Origin: Mytilus trossulus
Taxonomy: Eukaryota
Length of the DNA: 64,000 nt
Reading direction: 5' to 3'
Assembly (NCBI RefSeq): GCF_036588685.1
Contig: NC_086381.1
Span: 12,462,001-12,526,000 of the forward strand
The position numbers were made by a program, and so were the translations under genes. This document shows positions 25,757 to 38,177 of this stretch, one piece after another; positions within the stretch are counted from its first letter, which is position 1, and every line of letters begins with the position of its first letter. The notes beneath the pieces are model-generated. The model worked only from the letters and a program-made list of their open reading frames with translations, did not search any database and had not been told where the DNA came from.

Positions 25757-27841
25757 TTACTTTCTATGAGTTGCTGCAAAATAAGCATCTAAAATGTCAG
25801 AATACACATTTTGTATATCTACTGTCTCTGATAAATCCGATTTCTCCGTGAACGTTTTCATGAAATTAGTACAGTTTCCAAACATTACAGTAACCCCAAC
25901 ATATTTGTATTCGGAGTTGATCTGTATTAAAGCCTTCATACCATTCATGTCGATATAGTTCATAGACGAACAGTCGATAATAATATGCGTGAGGGGTACG
26001 ACGGGTATTTCGTTTTCATTGTTTGTTTTTGACAGCGACATTCTTTCATCGTTGTTACCGTTATTTTCGCTTTGATTTATGTTTATTTCAACATTATTTT
26101 CTAAATGTTTGTCTTGTTGTTTTGGAAAGGCTTTTGGATTAAATGTTGCTTTGTACAATTCTTTTACAAATTGATCAGCAGTAGCAAAATAAAGAGATGA
26201 TTCCATTCTAAATATTGCAATTTTTGAATTACATAATGGAATATCATGAGTCTTTTGCTCCAGAAGACGATCCTCTTGCTCAACTTTTCTAATGGTGTAC
26301 GAAGATGAATTCTGACTTTGCACGACAACTGTTAAAAGACAAAGTAGCACTCCAACATACAGGGCGTAAGGGAAATCAATTAGAACACCACACAATACTG
26401 TTCCAACAAAGATAACAAAATCATAACGATTTACTCGCCACAGTTTTGGTAGTTCCTTGAACTGGTATAATAGATTTTTAACAGCTACGATGATCATTAC
26501 TGCAAGTACAGCTTTAGGAGCTGATTCTAAATATTTTCCTATGAACATTATTACAAGCAAGACAAAAATAGCTGATACTATTCCATTCAATGTTGTCTTT
26601 GCACCCATTGTACTTAAGATAACTGTACGTGGTGGTGCAACGCAAGCTGGAAAGCAGGAGAAAAAAGAGCCACCTAAATTTGCAATACCATATGCGACGA
26701 GTTCTTGATTGTCGTCAACTGAATATCCGTGTTTCACCTCACAGAGTCGGGCCATTGAAATCGTAAGCACAAACACAATGAAACCGACAACAACACTATG
26801 TCCTAGTATATCTACCGACACTCGAGGTAGCTCCGGCGTTGGTAGACCAGGAGGTATTTCTCCTACAACACCAATATCGAAGGTGTCGTGTAACTTTGCA
26901 AAATGTGAAATAACTGTTGCTGTTACAACTAAAATTATATCGATTGGTATTGGCATTTTCATTTTGTTTTTGAATCTCTCATTAATGACATCTTTTATCA
27001 ATACAAGTATTATTAAGCATATAACGGAGACTATCAATGTAGCAACATGAATCTTCGGAAATGCTTTGAATATTTCAATATATACATATATCAGTTTTCC
27101 TGGTTTGTTAACAGGTGGAATTTTTATGCCAAGAGCATTAGGGATTTGGCTGGAAATGATATGAATAGCACCGGTTGTGGTAAAAGCCGCAATGAAAGAA
27201 GATGACAGATAAGAAGTAATGAACCCCATTCGGCACAACCCCATGATGAACAGCAGTAATCCAACGATAAAAGACGAACCTGCTGCTACAGACACTTTGT
27301 ACTTTAACACGTCATTATCCATTTCCGGTGAAACTGTTGTTAGGTTACCAACCGTGGAACCGTTAACAGCAGAGTGATGACCAGGCAAATCATACTGTTC
27401 TAACCGTGACTCTACAAGCTCTGCTGTAAAAATTGCAATCACAGCATTTGTTCCGAAAGAAACGTGTTGCGATGTTCCGAAAATCACATACAGGAGAACA
27501 GGAAAAAAGGACGTATACAATCCATAGGCCGGTGATAATGATGCTAATATACCAAATGCAAGTCCTTGTGGAAAATGAAGACAAGCTACAGATAAGCCAC
27601 TTATCAAATCATCTAAGATGTATTTCCTGATCTTATACGTTCTTATTACGTTTATTATTGGGAAAAGTGTTAGTAAATATGCACATAACTTGGAAAGGGT
27701 ACATTTTTTCATGATATTTTCTGAAAATGACTTCGATGGGCTCTTTGGTTTGCCATAAAACTCGTACAATTCAGACTGTGTTTTACGAGATCTTGAAAGC
27801 TGTAAAATATCAGACGACATATCTCCGTTGTTGATACTCAT
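25757..27841 (-). CDS. SLC26/SulP anion transporter, copy 2 (close paralog of copy 1), single coding exon, 694 aa
   Basis: Same motifs, colinear and highly similar to 7314-9365. Homologous acceptor (ttgttatttctatattttAG) at 27878-27877. 3' flank 25390-25560 resembles 7000-7150. Confidence 0.96.
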   Translation of the reverse strand: MSINNGDMSSDILQLSRSRKTQSELYEFYGKPKSPSKSFSENIMKKCTLSKLCAYLLTLFPIINVIRTYKIRKYILDDLISGLSVACLHFPQGLAFGILASLSPAYGLYTSFFPVLLYVIFGTSQHVSFGTNAVIAIFTAELVESRLEQYDLPGHHSAVNGSTVGNLTTVSPEMDNDVLKYKVSVAAGSSFIVGLLLFIMGLCRMGFITSYLSSSFIAAFTTTGAIHIISSQIPNALGIKIPPVNKPGKLIYVYIEIFKAFPKIHVATLIVSVICLIILVLIKDVINERFKNKMKMPIPIDIILVVTATVISHFAKLHDTFDIGVVGEIPPGLPTPELPRVSVDILGHSVVVGFIVFVLTISMARLCEVKHGYSVDDNQELVAYGIANLGGSFFSCFPACVAPPRTVILSTMGAKTTLNGIVSAIFVLLVIMFIGKYLESAPKAVLAVMIIVAVKNLLYQFKELPKLWRVNRYDFVIFVGTVLCGVLIDFPYALYVGVLLCLLTVVVQSQNSSSYTIRKVEQEDRLLEQKTHDIPLCNSKIAIFRMESSLYFATADQFVKELYKATFNPKAFPKQQDKHLENNVEININQSENNGNNDERMSLSKTNNENEIPVVPLTHIIIDCSSMNYIDMNGMKALIQINSEYKYVGVTVMFGNCTNFMKTFTEKSDLSETVDIQNVYSDILDAYFAATHRK

Positions 27842-29783
27842 GATAATTAGAACAGTAAACCAGGATAAATCATTACCTAAAATATAGAAATAACAAATTA
27901 TTCTTCACTGAATATATAGCTTCACCATATAAGGTAATCGAATTTCATGATGTTCTATTCGTATAACACAATCGAAATGTATTCAGGGCATAACTCTTAT
28001 CATACCTATATGCACATCTTCAATTTATCATCTTACCATGAATAATTAAAATTTAATCAGCATTTGATAAACCATGTAAGAAAAGATGCGGCAAAAAAGA
28101 ACATACTGAATACTAGTAGTAGTATGTTCTAAGGTAAAGAGAATAACTCTCATATTTGTTAACAACGCAGTATATCCTTCTTCTTCATGTATGGATCTTA
28201 CAATTTTCAAAGTTCTATATACATTGACGAATAATGTAAACATGTAGAAATAAAACAAACACTAGCTGTCAAACTCTTTTTTTTACCGATTTCATATTTG
28301 ATTATTAACATTCTTAAACGTATATCCAAATGATAAAAAAGTTTTAAATAATCAATAAACAATGTATGAGCTCGATCATATGTATCAACATTTCATGTGA
28401 ATTTAAGTGTAGAGGCCATTAATTAACTCTCGAGGTCAACCCCGAAGACTGCCGACGGTAATATAACCCGGTATATACATATTGTATTTTTCTAGGTATG
28501 TTTGATTTCATATTATACGTTGAAAATATATGTTATTCATCGTTTTTATCTGTAAAATTATGAATTTTTGTGGATCGAATCGAATCAGTCAATCAAATGG
28601 TTTATCCTTGTTTCGCTTTTAATGTCGAGGTCGAATTATTCACCTGCAATTGATTAATTCATCAGTCATGCTTCTTATCTTATTTTGACAAAATTGAACT
28701 AAAAAGGCTGCTAAAAGCGAATTCCTATTTCACTATTTCACTTTCATTATTGATTGATATATTAATTGTCTTATATACGATACCAGAAAGAAATGTTGTT
28801 GATTTTAAGCGCAATGCGTATGGAGAATTATTATGCGAATATCTTATAAATTCGAACTGTTGTATTTTAAATGGAAGAAAAGGTGTCAAAAATAATGATA
28901 CTTATATATCTCAGCTAGGATCTTCTGTAGTGGATTATTGTCTTATTCCATACGAATTACTTGATATATTTGAGCAATGTGACGTCATAACTATGTCGTA
29001 ATTAATCGAAAAACATGATATATTTGAGTATGTTGATCCATCAGTGTCAAAACCTGATCACTCGATGCTTTTGTGGAATGTAAATATAAAGAAATGTGTG
29101 TCGGAAGCATCTAATGATAATGGAAATAATAGTGAATATAATAAGTTTAATGTGAAAAATATTCCAAATTCGTTCTTAACGGATCATTTACGTGATATTG
29201 AAGAGTTAATTTTATCCTTGGAATTGAATAATGTCAACCAAAATAACTTGGATATAGTTTACCAAAATTTTGTTAATCTTTTGAAAAACGAAATGTCGGA
29301 AAAGATGGATTACAAAGTTATAAAAGTGTCATTAAGCTCGAATAATAAAAAACGTCGGATGAAAAACCGTGGTGGTCGGATCATCTCACAAATTTATGGA
29401 ATGATGTATGCGCTATGGAAAAGGAGATGCTGAAAAGTAAATCAGATACTAGGAAACGTCAATGTAGACAAGAATTCATATGTAATCGGAAATTGTTCGA
29501 CCGTGAAACACAACGTTTGAAACGGCGTAACTGGAGAGACCAATTACTAGTTAATAAAATTGACAATTTGGAATCAACAAATCAAACTGAATTTTGGAAA
29601 AAGATCGGACGGGTCGGAGTAGGCGAAGAGAAAAGGAAAGCTATACCTATGTCTGTGCAACTACCGGATGGTAGTATTTCACATGATCGAGACGCTGTAC
29701 TGAATGAATGGAAACGATCTTTCTGTAGTTTGTTGAACCCAGAAGGTAGTATTGATAATAAAATTAACGGTACCAATTTTCTT

Positions 29784-29827
29784 GCACCAGATGCGCATTT
29801 CGACAATACATGTCTCTTCAGTGATGC
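29784..29827 (-). ncRNA. Minimal type I hammerhead ribozyme (intact)
   Basis: GCAUCA CUGAAGA GACA-UGUAU-UGUC GAAA U-GCGC-A UC^ UGGUGC: 6-bp stem I, CUGANGA and GAAA cores, 4-bp stem II, minimal palindromic stem III, AUC cleavage triplet. Confidence 0.92.
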
Positions 29828-30133
29828 TCGTGGCCAAAATATTTGAAATCCAAAGCTTATATAAAAGATGAAGAGCTATAATCCAAAATGTCCAAAAAGT
29901 ATAGCCAAATCCGTGAAAGGAATCAGAGCTTTGCATGAGGGAGATACATTCCTCAATTTATAATAATTTCTAATATTTTTTAACAGCAAATTTTAATAAC
30001 ACAAAAAATCCGTATTTTCATGCCAGTACCGAAGTACTGGCTACTGGGCTGGTGATACCCTCGGGGACTAAAAGTCCACCAGCAGAGGCATCGACACAGT
30101 GGTAGTAATAAAATTAACGGTACCAATTTTCTT

Positions 30134-30175
30134 GCACCAGATGCGCATTTCGACAATACATGTCTCTTCAGTGAT
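30134..30175 (-). ncRNA. Minimal type I hammerhead ribozyme, second copy (stem I shortened by the insertion boundary)
   Basis: Core identical to 29784-29827; stem I is AUCA/UGGU plus a U-G pair. Confidence 0.85.
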
Positions 30176-33100
30176 AACCTTCCAACGGACACAAGTACAG
30201 ATAATGGTGCTACGATGAATTATGACATTACTCATGAGGAAGTTAAACGAGCAGTGATCAGTTTGAAAGTTAACAAAGCTGTTGGTGTAGATGAAATCCC
30301 ATCGGAAGTCCCCAAGAATCCGTGTTTGTTGAACTTCCTACTAAGTTTGTTAAATTAATGTTTCTTCAGTGGTACAATTCCAACTTTCTGGCGGAAAGGA
30401 ATTATTAATCCAATACCTAAGTCGTCGACGTCGAATCCAAAAGACCCAATGTGTTACCGCGGTTTAACACTTGTTCCTGTTTGCTACAAGCTGTACTGTC
30501 ATATATTGAATAACCGATTGCTCGAATGGGAGGAGGAAAATAATATTTTAGATGATTGTCAAAATGGTTTCCGAAAGGGACGGAGTACAATTGATCATAT
30601 AAAGTCATTATCGTCAATTATTGAAACAAGAAAGCTAAAACGTTTGTCGACTTTCACAGCTTTTATAGACTTCCGAAATGCGTATGATGGGATAGACCGT
30701 AATTTGTTATGTCAGAAATTGCTTGATATTGGAATATGCAGGAATATGTATAATGCTATCGTGTCGTTATGTAAGTCAGTAGAATGCTGTGTTCGGATAA
30801 ATGGACAATTAACGGACTGGTTCAATGTTCAGTGTGGTCTAAAACAAGGTTGTTTGCTTTCACCATTACTTTTTAATGTGTATGTGAACGGTCTTGTTAC
30901 GTATATATGTTCATTAAATGCTGGAATAAACATTGACGAGGAAAATGTGTCGATTCTACTGTACGCTGACGACCTTGTATTGCTAGCTGGCTCGGAATCA
31001 GACTTACAGGTTTTGTTACATGGACTTCAGCTCTGGTGTGCGGAGAATGAGATGACAATAAATCATAACAAGTCAAACGTTGTTCATTTCCGACCAAATT
31101 CGACCCCAAGGACAATAAACAGTTTTAAATGTGGCCACCTTGACATAAATGTGGTGGAGAAATATACATACCTAGGTTTAGTGTAAACAGAGCATTTGGA
31201 CTATCAAATTATGGCAAAACACGTAGCAGCATCAGACAACCGTGCCTTGGGACTAGTGATATCTAAATATAAATATTTTGGAGAACTACCGTTTGATTCT
31301 TTCACAAAATTATATGACTCGATTGTTTGGAGTACAATCAGCTACGGAGCGGCAGTGTGGGGAGATAGAACATTTTCATGTATAAATTCGATACAAAATA
31401 AGGCAATTCGTTTTTATATGGGGGTCGGACGGTATACAACTAAAGTAGCAGTGAATGGAGATTCAGCCTGGAAACCACCTTGTGTAAGGCAGTGGCGAAC
31501 TGTTATAAATCATTGGAATCGTTTAAGGTATATGAACACTGATCGACAAAATAAAAGAATCCATAACTGGGCGGAACATAGTTTTCGGCGGTATAAAGCA
31601 TGTAAAAATTCAAATTATAGACTTTATCAGCAGTTTGAATTGTGTAATATTAGTGACTGGTATAATGACACGAACATTCACAAAATCTCCTGCTCAACGT
31701 AGAGCATATTCGCAATTCAGATGTGGGGTTGCACCCATACGAATCGAAACCGGGCGTTTCGAACATTTACCAATGCATGAACGGACTTGCTTTATGTGTG
31801 AAAGTAAAACTGAAACTGAGGAACATGTACTAATTGAATGTCCGATTTATGACGATTTAAGGAACGAACTTTATGAATATATAAACAGTGTAGATGAGAA
31901 CTTTAACATGTTAACGAACCGTGAGAAACTGTCTTTTGTGTTGGGATGTCAAAACGTTAATGTTATTTACAAATGTGCCAAAACCTGCAACTCTATTTTA
32001 GACAGAAGGAGACGTTTTTTTTTATATCGATAACATTTTTTTAGACTGTAAAGTTATTTAAATTTGTTTTAGAAATTTTAATAGTACATGTACATAGTTT
32101 TATAAAGTCCTTTTGTTGTTTGATGAAATTTTACTTTTTGTCTCTCATAATTCTTTTAAGAATAGCATTAATATATATTTATGTTTTTATGATATATGTA
32201 AATATTGTATTGTGTATATTAGTGGTGAGACGTTAATAAACTATCTATCTATGTCATCTATCTATCTATCTTATATATTTCGTAGCCGCTTTAAAAGTAG
32301 ATGTATGCAATTAGAATTGAATTGTGCATACATAAATATTGCACTGTGTTTACTCGGTATTTACTCGGTATTATATCGTTTATTTTGACTTGCAATTCAA
32401 TGGCAAAAGTAGAGAAAACATGTTTGCATTTATATTTGTTTTTATAAAAAAAAAATGATAGATGCAAAAACAGTTTTCGACGACGTGAACACTGGTGTGT
32501 TATCGAATTATACACCATCAACACTTACCCACCGAAATATTTTATAACACGATAGTCACATGGACTGTAAACCAAGTTAACATAAAGACCCAATGCCCAA
32601 AAAATTTGTTGATAAAGTTTGACACGTACACGATCATAAAGAAGTCAAAGAACTTACTATGTTTTAAGTTGTTGGCTCCATTTTCGGCACCTTTGAGTAA
32701 ACTTCTTCCTTAAACAAATATATAGTTTGTTTTTATTATCCAGAGCTTCCGAACCCATATCTGGTTTACAATTTAATCTTGAGATAAAGAATACACTTCC
32801 GGCAGTATAAAGATCAATATTTTAAATATAGCAACAAATGAATAGTGATGAAAGAGAGATTATATGTAATTCTAGCATGTATAGATTAAAATTGAATTAA
32901 ATGCGTGAATTAAATCAATTTTTTATGAGTGTATCTTAGGTTCTTAAAATTTAAAGCTCCGCAAACGTTACGTAAATTCTGTCAAATACTATATATTAAA
33001 AAGTTTCTTTCAAAAAAACTTTAAAGTTGTAGAAAAGTGACCTTTACGTCCTCATTGTAGCGATATTCCACAAGGTTAAGAATAGAATACTAAAAATAAA

Positions 33101-33700
33101 TACATATTCCCTAGAATTTGATGTATGAACTTTGATAAAAAAAAAATAATTAGTATTGATGAAAATTTTAGTTTAAGTAAATTTGAGTGAATTTGATTGA
33201 TAACTAATGTATTTAACAATACCAGTAGAACCTTTAAACACTTAATGTTATAAAACAGATTTAAATATTTGATTTGTTATCGTGTTATTTGCTGTTTTTT
33301 TTCAAAGGTCAAAGGTAACGGGATTACGCTTGACTTTAAGCCAAAACACGTGGTCTTGGTCAAATAAGTCAATAGTAAAACCTGTGGATAAAGATACTTT
33401 TCTGTGGTAAAAAGCCTTTATTCAAACTACGCTTTTTGGTAAATCATATTCGGGTGGTCACGAGTTATGCTGTTTACTTTATTAAACAAAAGAAATGAGC
33501 TGTATGCGTCCATTTCATTTTCAAACAGAGTTTCCTGAATTGGCTGAAACTATGATGTTGAATTGAATATAACAATAGTTTGTGTATATGTATAAGTTAA
33601 ATGCAAAGTAAAGTGTACTGTAGAGTATGTATGTCCTCCTTCCTTGTTTACGCCACTTGTTTATTGGGTAAAGGATACGACCTGGTATTAAGATCGTAAT

Positions 33701-33767
33701 CATAGGCACTTGTCTCAGACCCCACCCCCCCCCCTATATACTTTTTTTCCTGAGACATGTGCCTGTG
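33701..33767. mobile_element. 67-bp deletion derivative of the same hAT-like MITE
   Basis: cataggcacttgtctcag...ctgagacatgtgcctgtg; degenerate 8-bp TSD atcgtaat/attgtaaa. Confidence 0.75.
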
Positions 33768-34199
33768 ATTGTAAATCCCATTCTTGTATAGTCACAAACA
33801 TTGAGGCTTTCATCTTAATTTTTATCATTGATTCTTTATTCGTGTGTGTCGCAATAGAATATTTACTAGATATTTTTGTTTCAAAGTTTCTACATTGCAA
33901 TAATTGTTGAAACTCTATAAGAATCAATATGTATATATACATCACCCATCTTAAATGTTCAAAAGTCAATTTAAATTCGAAAATTCCAAATCAAGATCAT
34001 ATTAAAACTAAATATATTCTTCTTACCTTGAAGTTATACAACATTTGACAAAAGTTTGACATAAAATGCATTTATATACCGTCTCAGAAGTTGCAAATGG
34101 GATACTTTAACATTCATTTATGTAATAAAAGCAAACATCCAGTTATACGGTACGGGTTCATTAATCTGGGGGTTTAAACCATACGGTTAATATTAAGAT

Positions 34200-34600
34200 A
34201 TCATGTTGCGAGTTAAGAAAGTCGAGCTGCGGGTAATAAAAGTCGAGTTGCGAGTTAGAAAAGACGCGAGTTGTGAGATATACAAATAGAGTTTTGAGTA
34301 AAGTAAGTCGAGTTGCGAGTAACAAATATCAATTTGAGAGTTAAAAAAGTCTAGTTAGTTTAAACAATATTTATTCAGATAAATCAACATTAAACATATT
34401 ATACAATGAAATAATATTAGGGATTCAGAAACAAGCAATTTGCTTTTACAAATCTGTCTCCCTTTACAGACATAATACACTTATTGAACAATACATAAAT
34501 ATAAATACTGGCATGCTCTGTAATAAATATATGAATATGAAAAGAATGTCGAGTTGCTACTGCAGAATTGCGAGTTAAGCATGTCTAGTTACGAGTTAAG
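34200..34600. repeat. ~20-bp minisatellite (aagtcgagttgcgagtta) split by an antisense LINE-3'-end-like fragment
   Basis: Units at 34200-34355 and 34545-34600; the insert (gtttaaacaatatttatt...ggattcagaaacaagc) resembles 17900-18010. Confidence 0.65.
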
Positions 34601-35582
34601 AAAGTTATTTTTATTTCTGAGATCTAATCATTACTTTGAAAAAATGCATTTGATTAATGATGGACACGAAATATATTCTTAATCTTTCAAAGGCAAGTTA
34701 ACCAGGGGTTAGTTTCCTACTTCTGTCTTGTTATAAAAATCTTATTACAGTTACACCATTTTATTTAGATATTTACATATATGTATGTCTAAAAATATAT
34801 ATATTTCACAAACCAACAGAGTAGGATAATTATAATTACCCTAAAACTCAAACTTCGAACATTCATCTCACAGATATAAATTTATTCTGAAAATTCACCT
34901 TTCGACAATGAAAAATAAACATATGCAAGTATATTCAGAAAACGTAGATGTTTTACTTTAAATCACCATAGTGTCGAAATTTTTACAACACAAGATGGAT
35001 TGAATGCGTTTTTCTCAAACCACAATCGTTCCTTGAGGAAGTCCAAACCAGCACATAGTAGTGTGATGTCGGGCGGTACATGGTGTGGTGAAAAGTGGGT
35101 ACCTAATTTGTTTTGTCAACTCCTCATACAGTATTCAACCCAGATACTTGAAGCTTTACATGAAGATTGCACGAATAATGAAGTCATGCACTTCTTGTAC
35201 CAAATCAGGCGTATGACTGTTGTTATTCATTCGTTTGATGTGTTTGAGCTTTTGATATTGCCATTTGTTGAGAGATTTCCCCTCAAGTTAAATTTTCCTC
35301 TGAGTTTAGTATTTTTGTGATTTTTCTGTTGTTGCAACTATGGAGTATGGACTTGTGTGAGAAAACTGTTTGTATAATCAAATCCACAGTTAAGAGTTCT
35401 ATATTTTCAGTGCTTTGTTATTAATCATTCAGCAAAAATTTACATATAGTATTCAAATTGAGCTGAAGTTATATCCCTTTCAGATAAAGTATCCCTATGG
35501 TCTGGTGTCACATTTGTTGGTGTTATAGTTCCCTTATTCAACATATTTGGAACATTAACAGAACAGAAGTTAAATACTTTAG

Positions 35583-35853
35583 TTACAGACAATTGCATTG
35601 AGTTTGTAGATAAAGGTAATACATTTGTATCGTTGGTTAGCTTACTTGCTTGCTAGCTAAACCGTGGAGTCATTATAAGGTCAGGGATACTACCCTCCTT
35701 TCAAAGTTTCCTAGTCCCACAAAAAGATGGATTGGCTATCTGTAGGACTAGTCTACTCTTAAATTAGGGTAGTTTTACCGAACATAATAATGACTTCACG
35801 GTTCAGCTAGTAAGTCTTACCTTTATCCACACATTCAATGCAATCGGCTGTAA
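35583..35853. repeat. ~270-bp foldback (palindromic) element
   Basis: Paired arms ttgcattga/tcaatgcaa, gataaaggtaa/ttacctttatc, ctagctaaaccgtggagtcattat/ataatgacttcacggttcagctag, ctagtcc/ggactag. Confidence 0.8.
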
Positions 35854-37445
35854 AACAGAAATAACAGAAACATTCTTGCATAGCCGAGCTTGAATTCGAT
35901 CAATACCAGCACTTGTTCCATTTATTACAACTGTGTGTTTTAATAGTAGTTTCCTAATCAAAATCAATAAATTTATCTAAATTTCAAACCTTAATAGATT
36001 TAATACACTATGTATCTACATTTGGGATTAGTAAACTGTGAAAAGTTTACTTATCATAGATTTTGGGAATATTTATCTGTATCTCGTTTCTCATACAAAT
36101 ACCAGTGTCACCGCCAAAGCTGTTTTTATCCTTGTCATTTAAAATAATAAGCTCTTTCTGGTTGCAGTACCAATATTGACGCTTACTTTTTTTTGTGAAA
36201 CCATGTCAAAGTCTTTTGATCACATGACTCGTGATAAACCAATTGATGAGTGTGTATAAGTTAAAACAATGATATAGAAAAAGTAAAGACAATTTGAAGA
36301 AATGAACAAATATATTGCAAATTAGGCACTGCCCATTAGATATTGTCATAACAACTAGAATGGTTTATTTTTCTGGATTTGGATTATTTGTGGTAAATAA
36401 ATTAGTTCTTCATAGGTTGCTTTTCGGTGTTTCGTGTTAACTTTTATACATTATGACTTGGATGGAGAGTTGTCTCATTGGCACTTATACCACATCTTAT
36501 CCATATAAACTCTCGTACGGTATATATTTATACTAAGTTTACTGTATATGCATTTGATTTCTCTAGATCTACGCCGAGGAATACATTGGCTGTACCAGAA
36601 TATGAGATAATTCTTATGTCTATTCCTTTGTCCCACTTTTTGAACATAGTGTTATGTATTAATAGAAACTTCCGAAGTTTGTGATCAAATATAAAGGTAT
36701 GCAGTAATGACATTTATTAATCATTTTGCATGCATGACACTTGCTACGTTTATCATGCAAATCATACCTAATGTATAAAATGAAACTAAATTATGTAAGA
36801 TAGAAAAAAGGAAGTTGCTACCTAGTTCACTATAACATAAAATTTATTCATCATTAATTACATAAAATATAATATGGTGAATGCATACATGTACATCTTA
36901 TGCAAGCGCAAATAAAAATGATACAAATAGAATTGATAGGATTATACTTAGGGTGGCATAATTAAAAAAACACCCATTGAGGCTCTGTAAGCAAACTTCT
37001 AAATTGCCCGGGATCTGTACTCAGAATTTTAGAAAAACTTTCTAAACATTCAATGAACGAGACCTCTGCTTGTTGTAAACACATTAAAGGATAACACAAG
37101 ATTTGATTATTTTGATTTTTCTATGTTTTAAACATTTGAAAATTAACCTTTTTCAGCAAACTGGTAAATATTTTTTTGAATGTTCGTTTTGTTCAGGATT
37201 AGTCTTCATATGTTTTAAAGAGCCTATTTGGTTCTGCTTATTTTTGAAGGCTGTATGGTTACTATTGTGTCAATTGTTATGTTTTGAAACACTAGATAAA
37301 GTATGGACGTATGCCAGAATAAAGGGGGATACAAACTCACAATCAATTGTAGAGAGGCCGGAATCAGCAACAGGAAAAGCTAGAATACAATAAGTGTTCG
37401 AATTGTTTAATAAAGAATTAAGTTAAAACATTACAATATTACATA

Positions 37446-37777
37446 TTATCACATATTTTGAACTGATATGTACGTTTTTGCATGGCCAATAATAGCCGGA
37501 AGTCAAGGTTGGTTATCAGCCCTCGGGGCCAATATCGATATCAGCCCTCGAAATCCATATCGAGCCCCCGAGTTTAACTTCTGGTAACCTGTCAAACAAA
37601 AAGTATTTCTCTTGCTTGAAAATATGTGATAAATAGATTATAACATGTCATTTTCCAGATGGTCCGTGGTATCAGCCCACGACCAATATCAAGCCCTCGG
37701 GTTAAAGCCCTCTGGCTTGATATGGGAGTCTAGGGCTGATCCCAGGGCCATATGGAAATTGCCATGTAATAATCTAT
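37446..37777. mobile_element. Two adjacent foldback elements (37446-37632 and 37633-37777) inserted in the left LTR
   Basis: ttatcacatatttt/aaaatatgtgataa and atagattataacatg/catgtaataatctat arms; the block is absent from the right LTR. Confidence 0.75.
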
Positions 37778-38177
37778 AAATATTATACACGTTGGGTTTT
37801 TTTTCCAAAATATTTCTAAATTAAAAACATGAATAAAAATGAAACATACATTTTTAATTGTTCTTAATATAATAAAACCGTTATAATGAATACAGTACAT
37901 ATGATCTAAAAACTTACTTTAAAGAAAAATGAATAAATTTAACTGTAGTAATACATGTAGTTTATTTCAAATTATTTCAAACTTACCTAGAATACAATAA
38001 GTGTTCGAATTGAACACAAATTGTAATCCTAGTCTTTTATAGACTTTATTGTAATTACTGATTATCAAATTATCTTTGATGCCACGCCCACTTCTAATAA
38101 ACTTTCGAACAATGGACGTAACAAACAGATGTTCACGATTATTTTTTAATTTATATATAATCTTATGTGTGTCCAAT

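Larger units (their letters stand above)
29757..30175 (-). mobile_element. Non-LTR retrozyme, 350-nt family, 1.2 units with two type I hammerhead ribozymes
   Basis: Perfect ~70-bp direct repeats 350 bp apart, each containing a hammerhead. Inserted into LINE ORF2 at a duplicated tgataa; removing it restores ...GSIDNLPTDTS...DITHEEV. Confidence 0.9.
28778..32268 (+). mobile_element. 5'-truncated, frameshifted non-LTR retrotransposon (CR1/L2-group LINE ORF2: endonuclease end, RT, C-terminal Cys/His motif)
   Basis: ORF pieces with SVVDY/PDHS (APE endonuclease end), QNGFRKGRST, FIDF, GLKQG, LLYADD and IETGR...CFMC...ETEEHVLIECP. AATAAA plus (ctat)n tail. Candidate TSD tcttatata at 28769-28777 and 32269-32277. 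Confidence 0.92.

Noticed and set aside
37103-37393. Similar ORFs at 37103-37393 and 41583-41855 as a small gene pair
   Set aside because: Both overlap the ends of the two LTR copies; the similarity is the repeat itself.
38076-38177. N-terminus of the 514-aa ORF as a new LTR-LINE fusion gene
   Set aside because: Chance open frame from antisense LTR sequence into a 5'-truncated LINE; the matching position in the other LTR lacks the ATG.
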